Part shown: positions 8,632-18,062 of the stretch, one piece after another
Layout: each line of letters begins with the position of its first letter
Numbering within the stretch: position 1 is the stretch's first letter
Source: Bacteroidales bacterium
GTDB taxonomy: Bacteria > Bacteroidota > Bacteroidia > Bacteroidales > UBA10428
Direction of reading: 5' to 3'
Assembly (NCBI GenBank): GCA_035913795.1
Contig: JAMIIA010000188.1
Span: 6,042-70,041 of the forward strand
Length of the DNA stretch: 64,000 bases
The notes under the pieces: generated by a model
The model's database searches: none
Told to the model about the DNA's origin: nothing
What the model saw: only the letters and a program-made list of their open reading frames with translations
Position numbers and translations under genes: made by a program

Positions 8632-11064
8632 TTACAATTTCGATGAAATTTTTATGTTAACCCGTCTGCCAGTCAGGTAGTTAGGCACTGCAAAGCTATC
8701 TTGTCTGCCTTCGTTGTTCTCCACTGTTTTTATCCAGTCGTAAGAGGCCATGTTAGAGGCATCCAGTAGGTTCAATATTTCCAGACCAATCCAGATATCA
8801 TGCAAACCAACCATGGTTTGTTTCTGCCGTTTTATGTTCCGCGAAAAACCAATATCTACCCTTCGATAAGGGCTTAACATATAATACTCCGAAGGTCTGT
8901 CGGGTGTGGGCCCGGAATAAGGAAGTCCTGAACCATAATTTACCAGCAAATGCAATTTATAGTTTGGATTCGAGGGCAGATAATCCTGAAAAAATACAGA
9001 AAACGTAAAAAACTGATCCGAAGGCCGACGGTAAAAACCAGGATATTTAACCGTACCATCCGACAATTGGTAAGAATCATTATAAGTATCTTCCCGGGTT
9101 TGGAGAAGTGATAAACTAAACCACGATTCGACCCCTGGCACAAATTCGCCATTTACCCGCAAATCAAGGCCGGCAGCATAAGCTTTGGCGCGATATTCTG
9201 GTAAGTATTTGACCTGTACATTTTCAACTTTGTAAGGGGTTAGGCGGTATAGATATTTGTAATAAACTTCGCTTGTAAAAATAAATGGTCGGCCCCAGGC
9301 CTGGTAATGATAATCGGTTCCAAGAACAAAATGAGCCGATTTTTGTGCTTTTGTATCGAGAAAAAGTTGTCCTTTGTAGTTAGTAAGTTCTTTAAAAAGA
9401 GGAGGTTGTGCGTAAATGCCAGTTGCAAAGTAAAAATGCACTTTTCGATCCCAATCGGGTGTAAGGCCAATGGATGCCCGGGGCGAAATTAAAAGCTCAT
9501 GGGTTAAGGTCGAATAATTTGCTCTAAGGCCATAATTAAGGTCAATACGGGCAAGATTGGCGTAAAACTCATAAGTATGCTGCACAAAGGCTTTATAGCG
9601 ATAAGAAAAGATCGAATGCTGTGCCTTATAGGAATAATCCAAAAGCAATTCTGTTTCGGAATAGGGCAGGGAATAGCCTGCTGAGTCGATTAGCCTCCAT
9701 TCGCTTAAACGGTTGTCAAAAACCTCTTGCTGCGCACTCAGGCCCCATTTTAGTGTGGCATCGTCGAAGGTATACAATCCTTTGTGCTCTATTGTATAAA
9801 CATGCCCTTTCAGCTTATTACGCGCATGTTCCAGACTTGCCCCTGTACCGATATTGATTACCGTATCTTGATTCGAAGCACCGGAAGAAATCTCGTTCAG
9901 CCAATACTCCGACAGGATATCGTAATTTACCTGTTCTGTTGTGCTGAACAGCGAAGAAATAAGTTTTAGGGTAAGGCGCGAATTAGGTGTATAAGTGTAG
10001 TTCAGGGCTCCCTGGTAACTGTCGAAACGATCGTACTCCTGACCCTCGTAAAAAACAGTGAAATTGAGGGTTTGAGTGAGTGTACCAAAGTCGGTTTCGC
10101 GGCTAATGGGTTGAAGGCTGAATTGATTAGAAGCATAGTTTCCTAGAAAAGAAATACTTGATTTCGGACTGAAATTGTATTGAATCAGGGTCTGAAAATC
10201 TGTAAAACGTGGTTGATATTCGCCCTCAATATCGAGCGAATTTAAGAGGTAGTTTGTTGTTTTATAGCGTATGCCAGCATTTATGGTTAATTTGTTCGAT
10301 GCATTTGCCCCAGCCAACTGAATACCTCCTCCCAAAAGACTGGCATATACATTTCCCTCGAAATCGGTGGGTCGTTTGTAATTCACATCCAGCACAGATG
10401 CCATTTTATCGCCATATTCCGTAGCAAAGGCCCCGGCAGAAAATTGCAAGGAACCAACCATATTCGGGTTTACAAAACTGAGGCCTTCCTGCATGGCGCT
10501 TTGCACCAGTAAAGGTCTGTATATCTCAATATCGTTGACGTAAACCAGGTTTTCGTCGAAGCTACCGCCACGCACGGAATATTGCGAGCTCATTTCGTTT
10601 CCCGACACCACCCCAGACATGGTTTTAAGGATGGTTTCGATGTTACCGCTGGTATTCGGTATCTGGTCTATGGATTTCATGTTGATGCGCGTAAGTGTGT
10701 TTTCGCGCTCCTGAATGCCCGTAACTGTCACACTTTCCAGTTCACTGCTTTCTTCCTGCATCACAAAATCGAGTTTCAGGGTTTTGCCGGATTCCAGCAG
10801 AATGGTATCGACTATGCTTTTATAGCCAAGGTAGGTGCATAGTATCACATATTTTCCTGGCTTAATGTTTTCAATCAGAAAGCTACCATCGCTTTTGCTA
10901 ATAGTAGCAAAATTGGTCTCAGAAATTATGAGTGTTGCTCCTAACATCGATTCACCGGCAGAGTTGTTTACTTTGCCTGAAATGCCAGCTGATTGGCCAT
11001 GGATGAACGAGACACCAAAACATGCAAACGAGAGCAGAAGGCTAATATATTTAAAATGGGTCAT
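8632..11064 (-). CDS. TonB-dependent receptor with an N-terminal CarboxypepD_reg domain
   Basis: Signal peptide from MTHFKYISLLLSFACFGVSFIHGQ (cat at 11062-11064). GKVNNSAGESMLGATLII...DGSFLIENIKPGKYVILCTYLGY is the carboxypeptidase-regulatory-like domain. A plug and large beta-barrel follow, with a terminal aromatic-rich strand. Confidence 0.85.
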   Translation of the reverse strand: MTHFKYISLLLSFACFGVSFIHGQSAGISGKVNNSAGESMLGATLIISETNFATISKSDGSFLIENIKPGKYVILCTYLGYKSIVDTILLESGKTLKLDFVMQEESSELESVTVTGIQERENTLTRINMKSIDQIPNTSGNIETILKTMSGVVSGNEMSSQYSVRGGSFDENLVYVNDIEIYRPLLVQSAMQEGLSFVNPNMVGSLQFSAGAFATEYGDKMASVLDVNYKRPTDFEGNVYASLLGGGIQLAGANASNKLTINAGIRYKTTNYLLNSLDIEGEYQPRFTDFQTLIQYNFSPKSSISFLGNYASNQFSLQPISRETDFGTLTQTLNFTVFYEGQEYDRFDSYQGALNYTYTPNSRLTLKLISSLFSTTEQVNYDILSEYWLNEISSGASNQDTVINIGTGASLEHARNKLKGHVYTIEHKGLYTFDDATLKWGLSAQQEVFDNRLSEWRLIDSAGYSLPYSETELLLDYSYKAQHSIFSYRYKAFVQHTYEFYANLARIDLNYGLRANYSTLTHELLISPRASIGLTPDWDRKVHFYFATGIYAQPPLFKELTNYKGQLFLDTKAQKSAHFVLGTDYHYQAWGRPFIFTSEVYYKYLYRLTPYKVENVQVKYLPEYRAKAYAAGLDLRVNGEFVPGVESWFSLSLLQTREDTYNDSYQLSDGTVKYPGFYRRPSDQFFTFSVFFQDYLPSNPNYKLHLLVNYGSGLPYSGPTPDRPSEYYMLSPYRRVDIGFSRNIKRQKQTMVGLHDIWIGLEILNLLDASNMASYDWIKTVENNEGRQDSFAVPNYLTGRRVNIKISSKL

Positions 11065-11154
11065 GAATTCTCGTATGCAGTTATGGAACAAACTCAAAGA
11101 ATGCAAATAAATTGTAAAAATACAAACCAAAATAGCGGAAGAGCAAAAAAACCT

Positions 11155-11778
11155 TTATTCTTTATTTTGCTTGAAATCTCCATTTTTTAGCGCCTCGAAA
11201 AACTTGCTCCATGCCATGATGTTAAAAATCTGATAGGTAGGATAGGTGCCCCGGGTGAGTGGTCCTTTCATATTTTGCTGCATCACATGGCGGTAGTTGG
11301 CCGAACCTGTTGGGTCTTGCTCAAGCAGAATCTGCGCTTTTATCATGGCTATGTTTCTTTGGGCTCTATCCATGTCGTCGTCGGGCAGTTGCAGATTAAG
11401 TATAGCTTCTTTGAATTCGCTATAATCTTTCCAGGGGTAAATTTCCACCTCGGCAATCATAAAAGTATCGGCCTCGAGCAATACATCGCGGGTGTAGAAT
11501 TTTTTCGACAAGGTATCGGGTATAATTACCAGGGCTCTTTTATAGCCCATGGAAGTAAACTGTATTGTATCAAAGGGCTCAACCACAAAGGTGAATTTTC
11601 CCTCCCGGTCGGTAATTGCCCCCCTTTTCTTGTTAACTATCGCAATGTTCGCATATGGAAGAGGTTGAATAAATTCGTTAAATACCCTTCCGGTAAACTG
11701 AATGAGTTTTTTCTCCTGAGCCCATAATTCGCAGGAAAGAAACAACAGTAGCAATATAACAAGTCTAGTTTTCATCAT
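11155..11778 (-). CDS. Carboxypeptidase-regulatory-like domain protein
   Basis: 207 aa with a signal peptide. The domain is FTGRVFNEFIQPLPYANIAIVNKKRGAITDREGKFTFVVEPFDTIQFTSMGY. Confidence 0.7.
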   Translation of the reverse strand: MMKTRLVILLLLFLSCELWAQEKKLIQFTGRVFNEFIQPLPYANIAIVNKKRGAITDREGKFTFVVEPFDTIQFTSMGYKRALVIIPDTLSKKFYTRDVLLEADTFMIAEVEIYPWKDYSEFKEAILNLQLPDDDMDRAQRNIAMIKAQILLEQDPTGSANYRHVMQQNMKGPLTRGTYPTYQIFNIMAWSKFFEALKNGDFKQNKE

Positions 11779-11912
11779 GTCTTACCCATTCAACCCGGTA
11801 GCCTGTAATTGGTTCAAAAGTATCGAAATCTTGATAAATAATACCTGAAGTTTCTCGATGCATGGTTAAAAAGTCTTAATTTAATGGTATAAAACATTTG
11901 GTCGACGAAGGT

Positions 11913-12323
11913 ATGATAAGGCAACAGGAATTAATACTGAGGGGATATAGCCGGGGATTTCACCTTATTACCCCACTCATCGAGCAGGAGTTAAAAAAAT
12001 TGCCAGAAGCAGGCTTATTGCACATACTTGTAAAGCATACTTCGGCAGGTATTTGCCTTAACGAGAATGCCGATCCATCGGTTCGAACCGATTTCAGAAG
12101 CTTTTTCGATGGCCTGGTGCCCGAAAACCAAAGCTATTATACCCACACTCTGGAGGGAAGCGATGATATGCCTGCACATTTAAAATCGGCATTAGTTGGG
12201 GCCTCACTGAGCATTCCGATCACACAAGGTCGATTAAACCTTGGCACCTGGCAGGGAATTTATTTTTGCGAGTTTAGAAATAGCGGAGGTCCGCGAAACC
12301 TTATACTAACAATCGTTCAATAA
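11913..12323 (+). CDS. yjbQ: YjbQ/UPF0047 family protein (secondary thiamine-phosphate synthase-like)
   Basis: HTSAGICLNENADPSVRTD, DMPAHLKS and GTWQGIYFCEF are the family-typical motifs. The ATG at 11913 is preferred over the TTG at 11898. Confidence 0.85.
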   Translation: MIRQQELILRGYSRGFHLITPLIEQELKKLPEAGLLHILVKHTSAGICLNENADPSVRTDFRSFFDGLVPENQSYYTHTLEGSDDMPAHLKSALVGASLSIPITQGRLNLGTWQGIYFCEFRNSGGPRNLILTIVQ

Positions 12324-12344
12324 TTTACTATAAACAAATTCTAC

Positions 12345-13847
12345 ATGTTTAACCAGCAAGACGTTAAGGTATTACAAGACAAAGGAATAAGTCTTGAAAA
12401 AGCAGAATGGCAGCTTGAAAAGTTTAGAACCGGGGTGAAACCCGCCGAAATAGAAGCCCCAGCAACATTGGAAAAGGGCATTTTAAAGCTTGACGATGCA
12501 CAGAAATGGGCCACTAAGTATGAGTCGGAAAGTTTGAAAGTAACCAAGTTTGTACCTGCTTCGGGTGCGGCAAGTCGCATGTTTAAAACCTTGTTCGAAT
12601 TCAGGGATGCCTTGAAACAAGACCCGTCACTTTCTCCTGATACAAATGAAGAAATGAAAAGCTTCTTTCAGCATATCCGAAAATTTGCTTTTTACTCCGA
12701 TCTTTCGGAGGTGTTAAAAGAAGAAGGCCCTATCGATCGGTTAATAGCAGGGGGAAAGTACCAACTCATATTAAATTCACTTCTCGAAAAGCAAGGTCTA
12801 TCATACGGTAACTTGCCAAAAGGATTGCTTAAGTTTCACTTTTATGCCGGAAAAATAGCCCGCACACCTTTTGAGGAGCATTTGGTTGAGGGATCGCGGT
12901 ATGCCCGTTCTGCCAACAACATGGTAAATCTTCATTTTACGGTTTCACCAGAACATCTTTCTTTTTTTCAGCAATTAAAAGATATGGTATTGGTAAAATA
13001 CGAAAACATGTACCGAGTAAATTACCACATAGATTTTTCAATACAGAAAAGCTCTACCGATACATTGGCAGTGCAGTCAGACAATAGTCCTTTTTATGAT
13101 CAGGATAAGAAATTGCTTTTTCGCCCAGGCGGGCATGGTGCCCTCATTGAAAACCTGAACGAAATTGATGCGGATATCATTTTTATTAAGAATATCGACA
13201 ATGTGGTTCCGGAGAAGAAAATTAATGCCACCCTTTTGTTTAAAAAGGCACTCGCCGGTATTCTTCTGGAAACCCAAAAAAACATTTTTAAGTTGATAAA
13301 GGCCTTGAAAGAAAAACCTGATTCCGATACAATTCTAAAGGCTGCAGAGTTCGTGAAACAGTCACTTTGCATTTCGGTTCCGGGCCAGCTTGAAAACGAA
13401 ACCGAATGGTTTATAAAAATACTTAACAGGCCACTGAGGGTTTGCGGAATGGTTAGAAATACTGGAGAACCCGGTGGGGGACCCTTTTTAGTGAAGGATA
13501 AGAATGGTGTCGTTTCAACACAAATATTAGAGTCTTCGCAGGTCGATTTAAACAACCCTAAGCAAGCTGGATTGTTTGCTAAGGCTACCCATTTTAATCC
13601 TGTAGACCTGGTTTGTGCTGTGAGAGATTATGAGGGAAACAAATTTAACCTGAAAGATTTTATCGACGAAGACACCTGTTTTATTTCCATCAAATCGAAA
13701 GATGGAAAGGAACTTAAGGCATTGGAATTACCAGGTTTGTGGAATGGTGCCATGGCCGGATGGAATACCCTTTTTGTGGAAGTACCCATTAGCACTTTTA
13801 ACCCGGTAAAAACAGTCAACGATTTGCTTCGCGAAGCCCATCAGTAA
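12345..13847 (+). CDS. DUF4301 family protein (uncharacterised; UDPGP-like motifs)
   Basis: 500 aa. The N-terminus QDVKVLQDKGISLEKAEWQLEKFRTG is typical of DUF4301. It also carries the motifs KFVPASGAASRMFK, FRPGGHGALIENL and IFIKNIDNV. Confidence 0.8.
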   Translation: MFNQQDVKVLQDKGISLEKAEWQLEKFRTGVKPAEIEAPATLEKGILKLDDAQKWATKYESESLKVTKFVPASGAASRMFKTLFEFRDALKQDPSLSPDTNEEMKSFFQHIRKFAFYSDLSEVLKEEGPIDRLIAGGKYQLILNSLLEKQGLSYGNLPKGLLKFHFYAGKIARTPFEEHLVEGSRYARSANNMVNLHFTVSPEHLSFFQQLKDMVLVKYENMYRVNYHIDFSIQKSSTDTLAVQSDNSPFYDQDKKLLFRPGGHGALIENLNEIDADIIFIKNIDNVVPEKKINATLLFKKALAGILLETQKNIFKLIKALKEKPDSDTILKAAEFVKQSLCISVPGQLENETEWFIKILNRPLRVCGMVRNTGEPGGGPFLVKDKNGVVSTQILESSQVDLNNPKQAGLFAKATHFNPVDLVCAVRDYEGNKFNLKDFIDEDTCFISIKSKDGKELKALELPGLWNGAMAGWNTLFVEVPISTFNPVKTVNDLLREAHQ

Positions 13848-13960
13848 TTCTAGCAATGACAAGCGCAAAGTTATTCTGATAAACAAAGGAATTTAAATCA
13901 AAAGCCCCTTCACGAAAAGCTTAAATGCCATCGAAAAAAGTGAGGACTTATTAAAAGAAT

Positions 13961-14467
13961 ATGAAGTTTTTTTGGCTTTCTCTTTTTCTGCTTTATTTTT
14001 CTGGGCCTACCGCAAGTGGTCAGGATGAAAAATTCAAAGCCCTTTTCATGTTTAATTTTACGAAGTACCTCGAGTGGCCTGTCGAAAAGCAAAGCGGTAA
14101 TTTTATTATTGGCATTTATGGCAACTCGAATATACTTAGTGAACTGTCTGTGATTGCCCAGAAACGCAAAATAGGCAATCAAACAATGGAGCTTCGAAAA
14201 ATATATACTTTTCAGGAAGCACGCAATTGCCATATTCTTTTTATACCTCATAACCGTAGTGCCCATTTGAATGAAATTCTGAAAGAAATCGGTAAAGCAA
14301 GTGTTGTAGTTATAACCGAAGCACCTGGAATGGCTGAAAAAGGATCGGGCTTGAATTACATTATAACAAACGGAAATCTAAATTTCGAAATAAGTAAAAA
14401 ACACCTCATACAACAAGAAATAAAAGTGAATCCGGCCTTGTTAACCTTGGGTGTTTTAGTTGATTAA
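13961..14467 (+). CDS. YfiR/DUF4154 family periplasmic protein
   Basis: 168 aa with a signal peptide. FMFNFTKYLEWP and CHILFIP are motifs typical of DUF4154. Confidence 0.75.
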   Translation: MKFFWLSLFLLYFSGPTASGQDEKFKALFMFNFTKYLEWPVEKQSGNFIIGIYGNSNILSELSVIAQKRKIGNQTMELRKIYTFQEARNCHILFIPHNRSAHLNEILKEIGKASVVVITEAPGMAEKGSGLNYIITNGNLNFEISKKHLIQQEIKVNPALLTLGVLVD

Positions 14468-14480
14468 TTGCCATATCTGT

Positions 14481-16844
14481 ATGAAAAAATTGATTCTTTT
14501 TTTACTTATCATTTTATTGGCACTCAAGCTGCAGTCGCAAGACTCGGACATTGACAAAATGACAAAAGAAGATGTGCTGCAAATGAGCTATGATGAGCTG
14601 CTTGCGCTACCTTTTGAAGATCTGCTCAAGTTGGCCCAGATTGTGGGTGTATCGCTCGAAGAGTTGACCGAAATGTTACTCAACAAAGAGTTAGTTTCGG
14701 CATCGAAGAAGGTGGAAAGTAGTTTTATTTCACCCTTATCGAGCTCAGTAATTTCGTACGACGAAATAAAAGCCTCCGGCGCCAGGTCTATCGAAGAAGC
14801 CTTGCGACTTGTACCGGGTTTGATTGTGCGGGAGAAAACCAATGGCAATTACGATATACACATCCGGGGAATAGACAATCTGCCCTCGGAGCATATGCTT
14901 ATCTATTCCGAAAATTCAAATACCCTTGTAATGATTGATAACAGGCCTGTTTATAACTACGTGCATGGTGGCACTTTTTATGAATCACTGCCGGTTGGGA
15001 TTGAGGATATAGACCGGATAGAAATTGTAAGGGGGGCATCCAGCGCGCTTTATGGACCAAATGCGGTATCGGGAGTAGTGAATATAATTACGAAAAAATA
15101 CCAGACCCGTAAACTTAAAGTGAGTGGAAATCTGCAGGCAGGCACACAGAACAGTGTATTAGCCGCCATTTCGGCAGGCAAAAAGATTTCGAAAGAATGG
15201 AGCTTTGGTATAACAGGAAATTTCGAGACCCTCGACCGCACAACCGATAAACTCTATGTGCACAAAGCAAATAACGGCCAGGGTGCTTTTATTGCGAAAG
15301 AAGAATTAAACAATTTGCCCGACTATGAAGCCCAGGCAGTGGATACGAGCCAATATAACGGCGATATAGATAAGCTAATTCGTCCGGAAGGCGATAGTAA
15401 TTATTATTACCGGGTGTTCGACCCCAAAGACGATATTGATCTGATGTATCCGCATCCTTCGCTTTCGCGAAGGAGAGCAGGAAGCAATGCTTACCTTTCT
15501 TTTAACCCTTCAACCAATCTGTCTTTCGACCTCAAAGGTGGCTATCAGTATTCTGAGGTTATTTCTACTACCCTGGGCGATACACCTTCGGCACAGGCTG
15601 GACGGTTATCGAGCACAGCATATACCGATTTTAATGCCAAGGTATATGGCCTTGGCACGCAAGTAAACTATCTCTCTGGCTGGCAGGATATTGTGCGGGA
15701 GGATACGGGTTTTAAATTAGATGTGCAACATGTAAACGCCAATGCCGAATACAATATTAACAAGGGCAGTCTTAACATCAGACCAGGAATAGCCTTCCAG
15801 TCGGCTCTTTACAACGATATGCCCTATTTGAAATACAATGGTCAGGGCTTTTTAAATGGCCCCAAGGAGTTTACTACTTTGGCATTCAGCCTAAGGCTCG
15901 ATTACCTGGCGTGGGAAAAACTCAGACTGATAGGTGCGGTAAGGGTAGAGAAATACAACACTCATGAGCGCGCTTATTCCTCGTATCAGTTTATCACTAC
16001 CTATCGTTTCAACGACACACATCTGCTTCGGGCTGTAGCTTCTGGGGCTAACAGAAGTCCATTTACCGTCGATTCTTATTCGAATTTTCTATGGAAAAGA
16101 GAGGCCCGGCCAGTTCCTGATAATATTTTGTTTGAAGGACAAAGAAATATCGATTTATTGCGCATGAATACCTTTGAATTGGGTTATAGGGTGAAACCTT
16201 CGGATAATATTTTAATCGATTTAGAGGCGTTTTATAACATCACAAGCGATTTTGGAGCATTGTACCCCGATTCGGTAAATCTGCTCACTAATGGCAGCAA
16301 TGCTAGCTGGGTGCGCATGCGATTTACCAGTATCGACATGAAAGCGAAACAACTTGGAGCTTCGGCCGATATAAAATGGGTGGTAAACGAAAAAGTATAT
16401 TTTAAAATGTTTGGAACCCTTCAGACAAGCTATCTGACAGAATCAATACCCTTTTCTCCTGAGGAGACTATGAAGCTAATGTTTGAAGACGCCAGTTTGG
16501 ATTCATCAAGAACTTATTCAACAAAATTCCCAGAGCAACGTGAGAGTGGCAAGCATAGGGCTACTCCGGCATTTTATGGTGGCTTGATGGTGAATATCCG
16601 GTTTATGAACGATTTTAATATCAACCTGAATGCTTATTCTTATACACAACAGCAATTTGCGAGCAAGTACAGTACAGTAATCATTAGCACTTCATTGATA
16701 GTGAATACCCGCATATCTTACGCTATTAAAGACCGGGCTGAGCTATTTGTTAACCTGCGAAATCTGTTTAACAAAACAAATCAGTTTGCCTATATGGAAA
16801 AGCCAAAGCCTTCATTTTATACAGGTATTAGTTTCTATTTTTAA
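14481..16844 (+). CDS. TonB-dependent receptor (plug + barrel, no CarboxypepD_reg domain)
   Basis: Start at MKKLILFLLIILLALKLQSQ (ATG 14481). Acidic helical leader, then plug (VSASKKVES...ARSIEEALRLVPGLIVRE...NRPVYN...IDRIEIVRGASSALYGPNAVSGVVNIITK). C-terminal aromatic strand YTGISFYF. Confidence 0.85.
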   Translation: MKKLILFLLIILLALKLQSQDSDIDKMTKEDVLQMSYDELLALPFEDLLKLAQIVGVSLEELTEMLLNKELVSASKKVESSFISPLSSSVISYDEIKASGARSIEEALRLVPGLIVREKTNGNYDIHIRGIDNLPSEHMLIYSENSNTLVMIDNRPVYNYVHGGTFYESLPVGIEDIDRIEIVRGASSALYGPNAVSGVVNIITKKYQTRKLKVSGNLQAGTQNSVLAAISAGKKISKEWSFGITGNFETLDRTTDKLYVHKANNGQGAFIAKEELNNLPDYEAQAVDTSQYNGDIDKLIRPEGDSNYYYRVFDPKDDIDLMYPHPSLSRRRAGSNAYLSFNPSTNLSFDLKGGYQYSEVISTTLGDTPSAQAGRLSSTAYTDFNAKVYGLGTQVNYLSGWQDIVREDTGFKLDVQHVNANAEYNINKGSLNIRPGIAFQSALYNDMPYLKYNGQGFLNGPKEFTTLAFSLRLDYLAWEKLRLIGAVRVEKYNTHERAYSSYQFITTYRFNDTHLLRAVASGANRSPFTVDSYSNFLWKREARPVPDNILFEGQRNIDLLRMNTFELGYRVKPSDNILIDLEAFYNITSDFGALYPDSVNLLTNGSNASWVRMRFTSIDMKAKQLGASADIKWVVNEKVYFKMFGTLQTSYLTESIPFSPEETMKLMFEDASLDSSRTYSTKFPEQRESGKHRATPAFYGGLMVNIRFMNDFNINLNAYSYTQQQFASKYSTVIISTSLIVNTRISYAIKDRAELFVNLRNLFNKTNQFAYMEKPKPSFYTGISFYF

Positions 16845-16964
16845 TATTTCTCTGCCGTTCATACCTGGTACAATATTAAACTAAGGTTAATTAATTTAGA
16901 TTTAGTTAATGCAGAATTAACGAAAGTGTAATTATTATTTAAGGCGCAATGTAATTGTTAGAAC

Positions 16965-16972
16965 TATTTTTG
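16965..16972 (+). promoter_or_regulatory. Candidate -7 promoter box (TAnnTTTG)
   Basis: TATTTTTG lies 21 nt upstream of the ATG at 16993. Confidence 0.3.
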
Positions 16973-16992
16973 TAGTGATAAAATAGATAAAT

Positions 16993-17316
16993 ATGAGAAA
17001 GATTGTTTTTTTAAGTTTGGCAGTAATGTTTAGCCTCTCGATGTTGGCAGGTGAGAAGGTAGAAGGAAGTTCTGAAGCTAAAACCACATTAGAGGGTGTA
17101 GTTTTTGATGCTCAGAATGGCGAAACTCTTGCCGGAGTTGCCATCACAGCAAATGGAGAAACTCACTATACCGATTTTGATGGCCATTTTGTATTCCAAA
17201 ATGTTTCAGCAGGCAGTGCAATCAAAATAGAAGCTTCTTATGTGAGTTACAACTCAGCAATAGTAGAGGTTAAAGCTGCAAACCAACCGATTGAAATAAG
17301 CCTAAATAGCAAATAA
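16993..17316 (+). CDS. Free-standing secreted CarboxypepD_reg-like domain protein
   Basis: 107 aa with a signal peptide. LEGVVFDAQNGETLAGVAITANGETHYTDFDGHFVFQNVSAGSAIKIEASYVSY forms a single domain. Confidence 0.7.
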   Translation: MRKIVFLSLAVMFSLSMLAGEKVEGSSEAKTTLEGVVFDAQNGETLAGVAITANGETHYTDFDGHFVFQNVSAGSAIKIEASYVSYNSAIVEVKAANQPIEISLNSK

Positions 17317-17334
17317 CACAATCAAAAAAAAAAT

Positions 17335-17362
17335 AAAAAGGCCGGTAATTCCGGCCTTTTTT
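17335..17362. terminator. Bidirectional intrinsic terminator
   Basis: aaaaaggccgg-taatt-ccggccttttt is a perfect GC stem flanked by A and T runs. It sits between convergent genes that end at 17316 (+) and 17367 (-). Confidence 0.8.
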
Positions 17363-17366
17363 GTGC

Positions 17367-18062
17367 TTATTCGGCAAGGTCACCCTGGCCATAGTCGTCT
17401 TGATTAAAGGCTGAAGCATTATTTTCTTCGTAATAGTGCATTGTAATTTTTACCGTATCGCGAAGAAAATTGATTCGACCAATTTCAATACGATTAATTT
17501 TAATTCCTGTTCTTTCTTCCAGGTCGGCAATTAATTCTTCTCTTTTACCTTTTTTTATCAGTTCAATTTTTTCGTATTCCACAATTTTTGACGATTCGTG
17601 TTTTACCAGATTAACCTTTTCCAGTATCAGGGTAATAATTAATACGCTGAAATTGGTAAACAACAATTCGGCATAACTTACTTTTTTATTGGCAAGGGCA
17701 TTGATTACCGAAATGCCTATGACCAAAAACAAATAGGTCATTTCTTTAATTGGTATAGGGTTGGTGCGGTACCGGATTATTCCAAAAATAGCAAACAACC
17801 CCAAAGCAAACCCGATTTGTAGTTTTACATTGTCAAGCAGGATGCACAATAGAAAAATGACAGTACTGATAAGGATGTAGGTAAAGAGGTAATCTTTACG
17901 TTTTGTACTCGGGTAATAAAGGAATCTGACCGCGATAGTAACAATGAGTAGATTGAAGATAAAACGAACCACCAGTTCCGTAAATTCTACTTTTTCAATG
18001 AGTTTGATTCCAAATATTTCGGCATTGAAGATACTAGATGCCTCTGCTATAAAATTTACCAT
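17367..18062 (-). CDS. DUF4956 membrane protein
   Basis: 231 aa. About four TM helices are followed by a charged soluble C-terminal domain. Its start overlaps the upstream VTC gene by 29 nt. The VTC partnership is typical for DUF4956. Confidence 0.7.
   Translation of the reverse strand: MVNFIAEASSIFNAEIFGIKLIEKVEFTELVVRFIFNLLIVTIAVRFLYYPSTKRKDYLFTYILISTVIFLLCILLDNVKLQIGFALGLFAIFGIIRYRTNPIPIKEMTYLFLVIGISVINALANKKVSYAELLFTNFSVLIITLILEKVNLVKHESSKIVEYEKIELIKKGKREELIADLEERTGIKINRIEIGRINFLRDTVKITMHYYEENNASAFNQDDYGQGDLAE

Noticed and set aside
11275-11727. 150-aa plus-strand ORF antisense to the carboxypeptidase-regulatory-like gene
   Set aside because: It is a shadow ORF. The minus-strand protein has a signal peptide and a recognisable domain.
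13910-14266. 118-aa minus-strand ORF overlapping yfiR
   Set aside because: The yfiR frame has a signal peptide and DUF4154 motifs. The antisense product is Lys/Phe-rich junk.
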